Source: Octopus bimaculoides
Taxonomy: Eukaryota
Length of the DNA stretch: 33,413 nucleotides
NCBI RefSeq assembly: GCF_001194135.2
Contig: NC_068984.1
Span: 67,870,449-67,903,861 of the forward strand
Direction of reading: 5' to 3'
In this document: positions 19,943 through 31,026 of the stretch, in pieces
Position numbering within the stretch: the stretch's first letter is position 1
Layout: each line of letters begins with the position of its first letter
Notes under the pieces: generated by a model
The model's database searches: none
What the model saw: the letters and a program-made list of their open reading frames with translations, nothing else
What the model was told of the DNA's origin: nothing
Made by a program: the position numbers and the translations under genes

Positions 19943-22900
19943 ATTCACACTTATGAGGATTTCTTACTTTATTAGCTGTCGATAAGAGATAAGATATTAA
20001 ATTCTCAGACAATTATTAGAAAGAAGTTCAATATACAGCAACGAATTACTCATGACTTTTATCATGCAAAAGTTTGAAGATTGCAAAGTAAAGAAGGCTT
20101 AAATATTAACTATCCATTTATTTAGAATGGACTTTATAAATTATATTTAAGTCCAGGTAAAGAGAAGCAATGTACGTCGAGTAGTTTCCGAGTCATTTAT
20201 TAGCATTAAAATACTCTGAGATAGAACACATAGAAATAGGAAGACGATGAAATGAATAAGAATTCAGGAATATCTGTTTGAGCCGTTTATTCTAAGGTTT
20301 TTAGTTATAAAATGGTTAATTGCTTTTAACTTGGTGTAAGTAAATGGTGTGATTGAATATTCACGGCAATTTGTATTGATTATAGTCTTGATCTCCACCA
20401 AACTTAAAGAGAAACTGAACGTATATCTAATGCATAAATAAAGTGACTCCGACGTATTCAGTCTTACAAGTTCACTCTAAGTTAGTTGAACAAGTTGAAA
20501 GTTTTTGAAGTCAGCAAGAATCTGAAACAAATCTCTTGATAAATTCATATTCATCTATTTATAACTTGAACACAGAGCCAAATGTTTACAACTATTTAAG
20601 GGAATGCCAACCTAACTAAAAATATATGAAACTTTGCATTTTATGGGGTTTTCCAGTAGTTTATTTCATAAGTTTTCTATCTAGTTTAGCATGCTAAATA
20701 TAATTCTAAATAGTCGGGCCATTATAAAATAGTCTCAAGATAGAATAGACTACTTTATCCCTATGTAAATTTGACACAAAGTTATTACTTCTTTGACGTT
20801 TTATACTCGAGATTAAGTTTGTCTATAATAATTAATTTCTTTATTTTTTGCCCTTTGAAGAAATGTTTTGAAGTATTTAATTTGCTGTTGTTCTACACAT
20901 ATCGATTCATATCGATTACGTTTTTTTTTTCAAATTTAAGTGTTTTCTTATTTAGTAATATTTTCCGTTATGTTTTGTTGTTTACTTTCAATATAGTAGT
21001 CTATCAGTGTTTGCTGTCAGCAGAGCCTAGTTAAAACGAGAGTATATCAGCCATTAATTTAGTTAATAGTATCACTAAAGAAAGTAAAAGAACTAATGCA
21101 CAGTTCATATATCCTCTTAAGTATTCGATTACTCAACTTTCTTTGGATAATTTAGACATTCTATAGAAATAGCAATTAAAGTCATTCTGTATAATTTCCA
21201 TAGCATATTCTAATACCAGTTGTTTACATGCAACGAAATTATCTGTCTTTGTTAGATATCTATGAAAGGTTACTTTTAATAACCTTTTCAGCATTACTAA
21301 GGATGAACGCTCATTAACACAAAATGTGAAACATCAATAAGAAACGCCGGAAGTATTTAAATGAGGCATAAAATAAGAAAATAAACGGAAAGCAAAAATA
21401 CAACGAAAGAGAGCGGATACAAAATGCATCATCATAATCGCTAGCATGAATGCTGTGGTAAAAAAAAAAGCAAGACAAAGAAAAACAGACTTTATTGATG
21501 CACTTTAGTTTGAGATATTGATATGAAAACACTGAAAGTAATTCCAGGGCATGACTGAGATTTTATTTTCGACTAGAAACCAAGAGCCATTATAACAAAT
21601 GTACCAAACCCGGAATTAATCTGGCTTAAGATAAGTATAAATCACTTATTGATGGATTATAGTTTACTGTGTTTCATAGTTAGCGTAGTCACAAAGATGC
21701 ATTGAGTGTGTACATGTCCATTTCTATATATCAAAGTAAATACACACCTCCTATGATGGGTATGTATTCAGAATGATTTTGCTTTATTTCCTCCATTAAT
21801 ATGTTATTAATGGCGAATCCTGGCTCATTACCAAGAGAAAATGTATCTACGTTGCGGATGACGTTATAAACTTACACAGAAGTCGTGAAAGTGTATATCC
21901 AAGAATAAATGTAATGAAGATTAATCTGTATGTTATTCCATAGTTCACGCGATGGCATTGTATCAAAATGATAATGCTACTTACTAAAAGATTGAATTTT
22001 GAGAGAATTGCATTACGGAGCAAAGATGCATGTAGAGGACAAGGAAAAACTTGGCAAGAATTTTTATTAATTAGCAAGTAAAGTGAAAACTACATTAAAG
22101 ACAAAGATGCATCAAAACACTTATAAGTGAACGATTTTATTTCCAAGACTACGAGAAAATAAAATTTAATGTCATTATAGTGGAGCTTCACTGTTTCCTC
22201 GTGTTTTGATTATAACTAAATGCCGGACATAATTGACTTTATTTATTTATTACATATAGTTTAATATTTAATTATTAGTCAAGGCAAATGAAATTAAATT
22301 ATAAACAAGTACGTCACTATATACAAATGGTTATGAGAATATTCTCCCAGCAGACTGTTCACCCAAGCTCTTTAAAAAAATGGTGGTAGGTCAGTATCAC
22401 ACAGAGAATTTTGGTTTCTCTTATTTCATATTTATTTAGCTTATGTCGAAAATTTTAACAAGATTTAAAACTCTTTTTTCTGTTTGTATTCTTCAAATTC
22501 TTAGATGTTCTGTCTAAATATAACATTAGTAATAAAATTTATCTGATTGCTGTTGTCATAGTAGTGATGGTGGTGAGGGTGTTGGTTGTTGGAACTCGTA
22601 TCTTCAGATAAACAATTTTGTTCTTAATTACACCGAAAAGGAGAAGAAAAGCTTCTAAAATTAGCTTGCCCTTCCATACTGATTACGTCGATAAAGTTAA
22701 TGTTCAAATTGAACTTGGCAGTCGAAAAAGATTCGTTAGAAAAAGGGAATTTTAAAGATTTAAAGGCAAAAAAGGAAGGATTATAGGGAAAATATAATAC
22801 AATATTAGGTTAAGAGTGTGAGAAGAATGAGAAGTGGTGGATGCACTGATCATAGATACACAACGCAGACCGTAGAGCAACGAAAATAGTAGTTTTGAAT

Positions 22901-23744
22901 TGAGTTTTTCTTAATTTTTATATATAATAAACCCTTCATAAAACACTCAGTTGTTTATTAAACAGATGCCAGTACATAAAACAGTAAGTACTGTTGTTAA
23001 TAAATAGGAAATTTCATAACAATTAGTGGTGATTTTCGTTCTTTATGTAATCATAAATAATTAATGTTCGTAAGATTTACACTTTATTACTTTAAAACTA
23101 CCAAAAATGGTTGACCATCAGTAATACTCCTAGAAATAATAGGTAATTATAAAGAACAACTTTAATTAAAAGTTAATAAAGCAGTTTTCTCTTCCATTGT
23201 TCGACGATAAAAACAGATTAGACCTTTATGAAATTAGATATTACGCCAGTATGATGAAAACAAATAAAACAAACGATAAAATTCAAACAAACCAACACAT
23301 ATATAAGGTTAAATAGCTTAGAAGCAATATATAATAAAGTGAAATAATAATCAGTCACTCGCATAGGTAATCGAGAAAGAAAACTGTCTCCAGCAATTAC
23401 TAAGTTCATTTGCAATGAACATACGGAGAACCTCCTTTATAAAAGTAATGCAGTTAAGCCCACGCTTGAACCGTTTTTGTTCACTTATTATAACTCTAAT
23501 TTCTTTTACTAATTGAACAAGTGGCCGTTATGTTCTTCGTTCCTTCCTGTACAAGTTCAGTAAATTGAATATCTATCAGACGAAATGAACTGAGTAAAAG
23601 AAGAAATTACTTTTCCTACTTTTACATGTTGTAGGAAGCCTGAAAAAATTTCTACGTTACTACACAATTATAAACACATTTGGTTTACATCTAAATGCAT
23701 GACGAAGGTCAATCCATACATAATATTTCAAAACTGTAAATTTC

Positions 23745-23758
23745 TACACACAGACGCA

Positions 23759-23814
<56 letters not shown>
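23745..23814. repeat. (CA)n(TA)n microsatellite
   Basis: Directly visible. Confidence 0.95.
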
Positions 23815-23817
23815 GTT

Positions 23818-23970
23818 GAAATTTACAGAAAAACAAAAGACGAAGACAGGTATATAAACAAGGAGGTGTATTAATTTGACGCTCGGGAAGGTGAGAAAGT
23901 CTTTTACGTTTCGAGCGTACGCTCTTCAACGCAAAGGAGCACGAGGGTGTAAACAGAGAGAGAATAAAAA
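23818..23970 (-). mobile_element. Solo PLE terminal repeat (pLTR) fragment, paralogous to 18-170
   Basis: Collinear with 18-168: gaaa(t)ttacagaaaaa...cgaagacagg...acgctcgggaaggtga.aaagt.ttttacgtttcgag..tacg.tcttcaac...taaacagaga. Confidence 0.85.
23901..23936 (-). ncRNA. Minimal hammerhead-like motif copy 2 (stems intact, C3-U4 of core changed to GC, probably inactive)
   Basis: Minus strand: CUUU-GCGUUGA-A-GAGC-GUAC-GCUC-GAAAC-GUA-AAAG; 4-bp stem I and 4-bp stem II pair perfectly. Confidence 0.55.
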
Positions 23971-24235
23971 AATCAGTTCAACAGGACTTCTGATCCCATC
24001 AAACACCGATCACCTTAAGACTCTAGTTCAATTCATATAAAAAGTAAATCATTATGGATTTACAGTGTAAGATCCACTTTTTGATGTTTTTTTTTATTCA
24101 TCATTTCTTACGATAAAACTGTTTTATAGGCATCGTGTCTGTTACCAAGAAAGCTTATACCCATAAATGCAAAGCCATATAATAAGTAGTTGTCACTTTC
24201 TTTCATGGTGCAGATTCAGCTTATGAAAAACTCAC

Positions 24236-24281
24236 TCGAGATTTTGCAAGATTAAGCAATACTGCATTTACTGATGGGTAA
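24236..24281 (-). CDS. Candidate 46-nt exon (YPSVNAVLLNLAKSR); unverified
   Basis: Acceptor tcatctttgattttcttag and donor CGA|GTGAGT; phase-compatible with the 25858-25836 candidate exon. Confidence 0.25.
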
Positions 24282-24605
24282 CTAAGAAAATCAAAGATGA
24301 ACATGTACTTTTGTTTAATATAACAATGACAGGTTGTCAAACGACCGACCAAATATGAAATATCTGATATAAGGTAACTCTGGTCGATCGGTTTAATACA
24401 GTAAAATGCTTCCCTATAATCATAACCTTCCAAAACATTTTATCCTCCAAGTAAAGGGTAATTTTATAGCTAAACTTTATGAAACCCAGTAACTTAGTAT
24501 ATATTAATGAATTGTTTACACCAAAACGTTTCTAAATTTCTGGAGTATATGAATAGACTGATAAATATTTCTATGACTATACTGTGTAGCTTAACAGAAA
24601 CTTAC

Positions 24606-24619
24606 TTATTGCAGTAAAA
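24606..24619 (-). CDS. Candidate 14-nt micro-exon TTTTACTGCAATAA; unverified
   Basis: Long polypyrimidine acceptor tttcttttctttttttttcaaatag immediately followed by 14 nt and consensus donor AA|GTAAGT. Confidence 0.3.
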
Positions 24620-25255
24620 CTATTTGAAAAAAAAAGAAAAGAAATATGATGGAAGATAGAACATGCGCTCAATTGAGATTCACCGCATTCTTAAAGTTGC
24701 ACATGTATTTTTAAATTTCTTGTGTTTGTTTTTGTTTGAAAGGAAATGAAAAACAAATGTACAAATCTGCGCCAAATCTGTGAACAGTCTACTTTTCACA
24801 CTTTCAAGTAAATAGAATTACTTATGTTTCTGTAAATCAGATTTCTTTTATTTAACTACGTGTATTATGGTTTGCTACTGTTTTTATTTCATTCTGTTGC
24901 CAGAGATAATTTTGCTCATATCGAAGAACATAGAGAATCAACACAGATGTTACTGATAACGCTAGCTAACGTATGTATACAAAAACGGCCAACACAATAT
25001 TCGAACTGTTTGTTCACTCGGTATCAAATTAAATGAAGTAGTTTTACTTTTCGAATATAGTGGATCATCTATTAACTGTTTTACCAGAGGGTTGACGCGT
25101 ATGTAAACTTTACAAAAAATAAGTACGATTACTTCCATTCATTTTAACGTAAACTGGATACAAATGCTTGAAATAACGTGATTAAAGATAAAGAAATATA
25201 TAAAGAAACATTAATGACAGAACAAATATTAATACAGAGTGGCGATAGACATACG

Positions 25256-25550
25256 TAACAGGCATTCCGTCGGTTACGACGACGAGGGATCCAGTTGATC
25301 CAATGAACGGAACAGCAGGCTCGTGAAATTAACGTGCTGAGCACTCTATGGACATGCGTACCCTTAGCATAGTTCTCAGAGAGATTCAGCGTGACACAGA
25401 ATGTGAGAAGGCCGGCCCTTTGAAATACAGGTGTTACTCATTTTTGCCAGCCGAGTGGACTGGAGCAACTTGAAATAAAGTGTCTTGCTCAAGGACACAA
25501 CTCACCGCCATGAACAGAATACCCCTAACCACTAAGCCACGGGCCGTCAC
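25256..25550 (-). mobile_element. tRNA-derived SINE (family A head/body, B-box region deleted) with LINE-like 3' tail
   Basis: A box TGGCTTAGTGG on minus; body ttgtgtccttgagcaagacactttatttcaagttgctccagtccactcggctggcaaaaatgagtaacacc as in 1050-1286; tail ...ccctcgtcgtcgtaaccgacggaatgcc. Confidence 0.82.
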
Positions 25551-25774
25551 ACATGCATAAATACATACATAAATTCATACATACATACATACATACATAC
25601 ATACATACACGTTTATACATAAAAGATAATAGTGTCGAAGCAGTATTAATACCAAAAAGCAATATTTATCTTCCACTTTGGCACAAGTTGATGTTGTGCC
25701 AGAACAGAGAATATTGTGTTATTTACTTTGAGAGGACCTCGCATATGGGATAAAGCACACATATTTATATAAAT

Positions 25775-25905
25775 AGCGGGGATATCCGTCCGCTACGGTC
25801 GTCGGAATTGCCTGATCACGTGACTTCGAACTTACTTGAACTTTTCATTGTCAGACATCCGTGGCTAGATAAAGCGTCCGGTTCCCACGTCAGCGATATA
25901 TAGAG
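25775..25905. promoter_or_regulatory. Local CpG-rich patch with E-box (CACGTG, 25817-25822), CRE half-site (TGACGT on minus, ~25889-25894) and TATA-like run; possible promoter/first exon
   Basis: About 13 CpG in ~120 bp against a CpG-poor AT-rich background; not recognised as a repeat. Confidence 0.35.
25836..25858 (-). CDS. Candidate first coding exon MSDNEKF+AA; unverified
   Basis: ccacggATGTCTGACAATGAAAAGTTCAA|GTAAGT on minus, inside the CpG-rich patch. Confidence 0.3.
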
Positions 25906-25987
25906 GATTTGAGTATCCAAATGAGAGGTTCTGTTATGGTAAATACAGAATTTTGTGTTCTAGCATAACTTCCACTTTAAATGGAGA

Positions 25988-26025
<38 letters not shown>

Positions 26026-26325
26026 CGCGCGTGCGCNNNNNNNNNNNNNNNNNNNNNNNNNNNNNNNNNNNNNNNNNNNNNNNNNNNNNNNNNNNNNNNN
26101 NNNNNNNNNNNNNNNNNNNNNNNNNNNNNNNNGCGTGCGTGCATTTGTGTATGATTGTATTTTGCATACGATTTGACGTGAGAAACGAGTACTCAAAATA
26201 TGTTGCAGAGGATATGGTTCTTTTTTACTTAAGAAATGGTTTTAATCAAGTATAGTTTGAATAAAGGCCATACATACATACATACATACATACATACATT
26301 CATACATACATGCATGCATACATAC
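25988..26325. repeat. (TG)n/(CG)n alternating tract, gap 26037-26132, and (CATA)n
   Basis: Directly visible. Confidence 0.85.
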
Positions 26326-26326
26326 A

Positions 26327-26441
26327 TGCGTGGAGTGCTCAGCCACTTGCACGTTAGTTTCACGAGCAGGCTGTTCCGTTGATCGGATCAACTGGAACCC
26401 TCGTCGTCGTAAGCGACGGAGTGCCAACATCAACAACAACA
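26327..26441 (+). mobile_element. 3' tail fragment of the same SINE/LINE as 25256-25350, ending in (CAA)n
   Basis: ggagtgctcagccacttgcacgttagtttcacgagcaggctgttccgttgatcggatcaactggaaccctcgtcgtcgtaagcgacggagtgccaaca is the near reverse complement of 25256-25350. Confidence 0.85.
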
Positions 26442-27594
26442 ATTGATAAGTAGAGTATTAAATCTGTAGAGGTTTTAACAGCCTTAGTAAACATATGGAT
26501 TCTTAGACAACCATATACACAAACAAGTGAGCTATTTCTCTCTTTTTAGCTATTCTATTCACAGCATGTCATAACACATTCACTGCATTGATGCATCTTT
26601 AATATTTGGAGCAATTATCATTCATACTGTTACTTGACCTAATGCAAAGATATAACGCGCAAATATCCATGCTGTCACATGAAAATTCACCGGCCTAATA
26701 TAGCCTGGAAATATCATTCATATAGTCGCATGAGTCCCTGACCTGGTGAACACCTTCATCAAACTGAAATGTATCTCAAATGATGAAATGATGAGAATTT
26801 GAGTCGTAACCTTTCCATACAAAAGAGCATATTTTCGAAATCAAATCAGAGACGAAACAAATACGGTATAGCTTCAGGTTCCATATGACACTAGTATTAG
26901 AAAATCTCAATAATGTGAAACCTTTTAAATAAATGTAAACAAATCCTATTAAAGGCTGCAAATGTATCTTCAACTGAATACTTCTAGTTGCGTGTATCAT
27001 ACATAAATGCATACATACGGACATACATAGTGTGTGTGTGTTTCTGTGTTTAAGTGTGTGCATGTGTATGTGTGTGTGTACTTTAAAGATGCAACAATTA
27101 AAATCCTCTATCATATCTCTCCATTAAATAGGTTTAGTGCTTCAGATAGGCATACGCAAACAGACAAGCATATGCACGTATACTTACATATGTGCATACA
27201 ATCATACATGCATACATAAATACTTGCATATTAGTTCAACATTACTTGAATAATAACAAATGTATTCCAGCCAAATACATTTAAATACATATTTACGCAC
27301 ACACGCGTGAGCTAATATTATAAAAATGATTGTTACTCGCATGCAAAATAGAAAATGATCTCATCCGGAACGATTGGAACACTCGTTCATTAACCTCACC
27401 CAAGCAAAGCTAAACACCCACAACTATTACTAGCTTTATATAGTTGCTATAGTTTAAATGTGTCTTTTCCAGAACACATTGAATCTCGATTAAATCCTAA
27501 TTTTCATTGAAAAGCAGTATCTGTATATAATTTTTCTAAAACGATTATATACAGGTGCTTGAAACTTTCATAAATAATATTCTTCTGTCTATCC

Positions 27595-27626
<32 letters not shown>

Positions 27627-28616
27627 TTGAAGATTTGAAGATTCATTACATTTTGAGTCTGATTGGTCTGGAGCTAAAACTTTGGAGGTCTCTACACAGA
27701 TTTACAAACATGTCACTTTCTTTTCAAGAACTCCTTTTTACTCTGAGCAAAATCTCTCAACAGTTGAAAAGCACTTGTTAGATCTAATAATTTGCCATTT
27801 ACTTTAGAGGACAATAAAAAAAAGACTTGTGATAAATGAATTATGTGTTTTAAGCTGACATCATGATGCTATCATCTTCTTCCTACTAAACTTTGTAAGT
27901 ACACACAACCAATTCTGCCTGTGAGGCATCGTCTTCAAAGTTTTCTACTTTAGTGCATGTGATGTAAGATGGATACCTACCTAAAGATTCCCTTCACGTT
28001 TGGAGGCTCAGTATACATGATATTTCTTCCAGTAATTCGTTCTTAACTCTTTGCCTGTCCAAAGTATTTTCATAAGTTTGTCCTAAACGGTTATGCTTGT
28101 TTTCAGACTTTTAATTAGTGCTTGATTCATACATTTTGAGTTATATAAAAATTTCTTCTCATAAGCCTAAAGTTAATCTAAAGATTGAAAAAGACTTATG
28201 AATATGTGTTGTATAAGATGCATGGACGCCAATGAAATTAGTTCTGCATAATACAATTAAATGGTTAGAATATTCATATAGTGTTCATGTTTAGTGTACC
28301 AGGTTCTGTCTTCGATGACTGTGTATCCTGTCTTATGACCCATAATGTTCGTAGAATTTTGGCGAATGATAATATTCAAATTACAAATAACTTCATTTCA
28401 CTGGAAGTAGACAGACACGAAAATGAAGTACATTTGTCATGTGTTCAAGAGAGCTACCACAAAAACGATAGAGTAACGTTTTAAGGAATTAGCATCCCTG
28501 TAATTAGGTTACTCTATGATATTGCGATATATCTGATTCTTCATGATATTCATTGTTCGAATATACACATCCTGAAATAAGATAGGTCACGACGATCTAA
28601 GTTATCTGGGCGTATA

Positions 28617-28728
28617 TCATCATCATCATCATCATCATCGTTTAACGTCCGCTTTCCATGCTAGCATGGGTTGGACGATTTGACTGAGGACTGGTGAAAC
28701 CGGATGGCAACACCAGGCTCCAATCTAA
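28617..28728 (-). mobile_element. 3' end of an RTE-type LINE/SINE with (GAT)n tail
   Basis: (CAT)n followed by cgtttaacgtccgctttccatgctagcatgggttggacg, a repeat end recalled from octopus DNA; RTE assignment is from tail type (inference). Confidence 0.7.
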
Positions 28729-28837
28729 TATGTAGATATCAATTTCTAATATAGGTACAGGGTCACACGTTTTCGAAGGGGAGGATTTTAGTGCATGTGA
28801 AATCGGCTCCTGTGTGTCACTGTATTTTATTTTGTTG

Positions 28838-28950
28838 ATCACGGAGTGATTAAAGGCAGTGTTGACCTCAGCGAGACTCGAAATCAGAACGTAAAATGGT
28901 GTAATTAAATAAATCAATATATTTTGTTCGACGCTCTAACGATTAAGTCA
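28838..28950 (-). mobile_element. Degenerate SINE family C head fragment
   Basis: aaaggcagtgttgacctcagcgagactcgaaatcagaacgtaaa...ttcgacgctctaacgatt; B-box-like on minus strand; related to 14020-14100. Confidence 0.55.
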
Positions 28951-30917
28951 TTTAACTGTCTCGTATATGTAAATATTAAACATCTTTTCATCTCTACAGA
29001 TGGGAGTTAATAGTCCGAAAAATATTAAACTTATTAGCAACATATGTCAAATATTTCAACATTTAATCGCCTCGTTAACATCTTGTAACGTAGCAAGCTA
29101 TATGAATGATTATAGATAAATTTTAATTTATAAGATCACAACCTCTGCATGTTCTGAATTAGTTAAAGATTTATATTCATGTGGCGTTCATTTTGTGAAA
29201 CATACCTCAGCTAATCATCACATCATACGCACATTTTCTCGCCTTACCAGAAAGCAAAGCACATATTTTCTTCAGATTTTCCCACTGGACTTAATCATTA
29301 TTAATTAGAGATATTAGAGATATATTAGCATTGGTTTATTATGCATTTTACATTCATCGAAAAATAACTTCACATATATACCCTTGAAATACTGCTTCTT
29401 ATAAGTTCATACTCACAGGAAAGCTATGCGTTAACTGAAATTAGAGAAGTTACTGCATTAAACTAATGACACTTATTTCGGGCATGGTGCAGAGGTCACT
29501 CGTGAAATCTTTCTCATCTTTCACATCAGTTTGATATAAATATCGTTTTATAATCACAACAAAACAGTTAGAACACATTTCTGTGACAAGTTTAATAACA
29601 CTACCTATGCTGCTTCTATACGGGAAATTTTACAGATTGAAATAAAATAACAGACAGAGATATATCGTTTGTCAAAGCTGATGTCACTATCTATCACCTT
29701 TAAGAAACACATTTAAATATTATTTTCGAGCGTACGGTGTACAATAGCCTTTTAAAAGACACGCTGTAAAAGATAAGTGTATATCTTCATACTCTGTGAT
29801 TTTTCACGTATTGAGTATCTTTTACATTTGTGACTACAAAAGCACATATAACTCTATAACTGAAAATATTGATAGTCAACATATAAAAGCCTACACTATA
29901 CACGTACCCATGAGTGAAGGTATATCGGAAAGCATTCAGTAACAGTCTCATTTAAAGACTACAATTAATTTTGAACAAATTTACAATAGGTTTGAATAAT
30001 ACAGAAAGGCATGAAAACATGACTTCATATTATATTACTCAGAATTGAAGAATGCTCCTTTTAACGTAATAGTTCAGCCACAGAATTTCGACGCAAACCA
30101 TGTGTTGCGTTAATTGTCACCGACATATCAAATATATAAAAACTGCTATTGAAATTATGAATACTTTATCCTTTTTAAGGCAGATATATCATAGATGTTG
30201 CACCAAATTTGTATAACAATTCAATTTTTATATGGCTTTAAACGATGACACGGACACACAATCCCTTTGAGCTGAATATATCTAACCCATCTTTATAACA
30301 TTAATAGCAACGTGTATATATATATTTTATTTCTAATGTTCATCATAAATATATATTTGAATTGCTGATTTCATTGACTATAAAACGCATTATTTTTCTC
30401 ATAATTTCCTTCCACGGTGCATTGGTTGGTTCGGCAGTAATGTTACAGATACATGGACACAAAAACGAACTTACACATAATACTAATCCATACATAGAGA
30501 AACATACGCGCGCACATTGTCACAGACTAAAACTAGTGAATACACAGACACACAGACACACAGACACACACATACACACACACACACGCATACACACACA
30601 TATATACACCCCGCAATTAAGTACCGAAATATATACAAACACAAAGTATACACACAATCACACAGTATAAGTCTATGTCAAATATTTGTATAGTAGATAT
30701 GAATATATATGTATATATTAATATACATATATATGAAAATGTGTGTATATAAATATATGCATAAATATGCGTATCCATATGCATAATCTTATGTGCGTGC
30801 ATGCCTATTCCGTTTGCATTTAGTCATTACAAAATATGCGTATCCATATATCTGTATACATTTTATCTATAGGCACGCACATACATAAACATACACACAC
30901 ACACACTCACCCACATG

Positions 30918-31026
<109 letters not shown>

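Noticed and set aside
19053-19948. ORFs with RERERE and YIYIYI tracts
   Set aside because: Microsatellite and gap artefacts
29136-29158. TCACAACCT... resembling the 5' end of miR-67/307
   Set aside because: Only the first ~9 nt match and there is no complementary arm to form a hairpin
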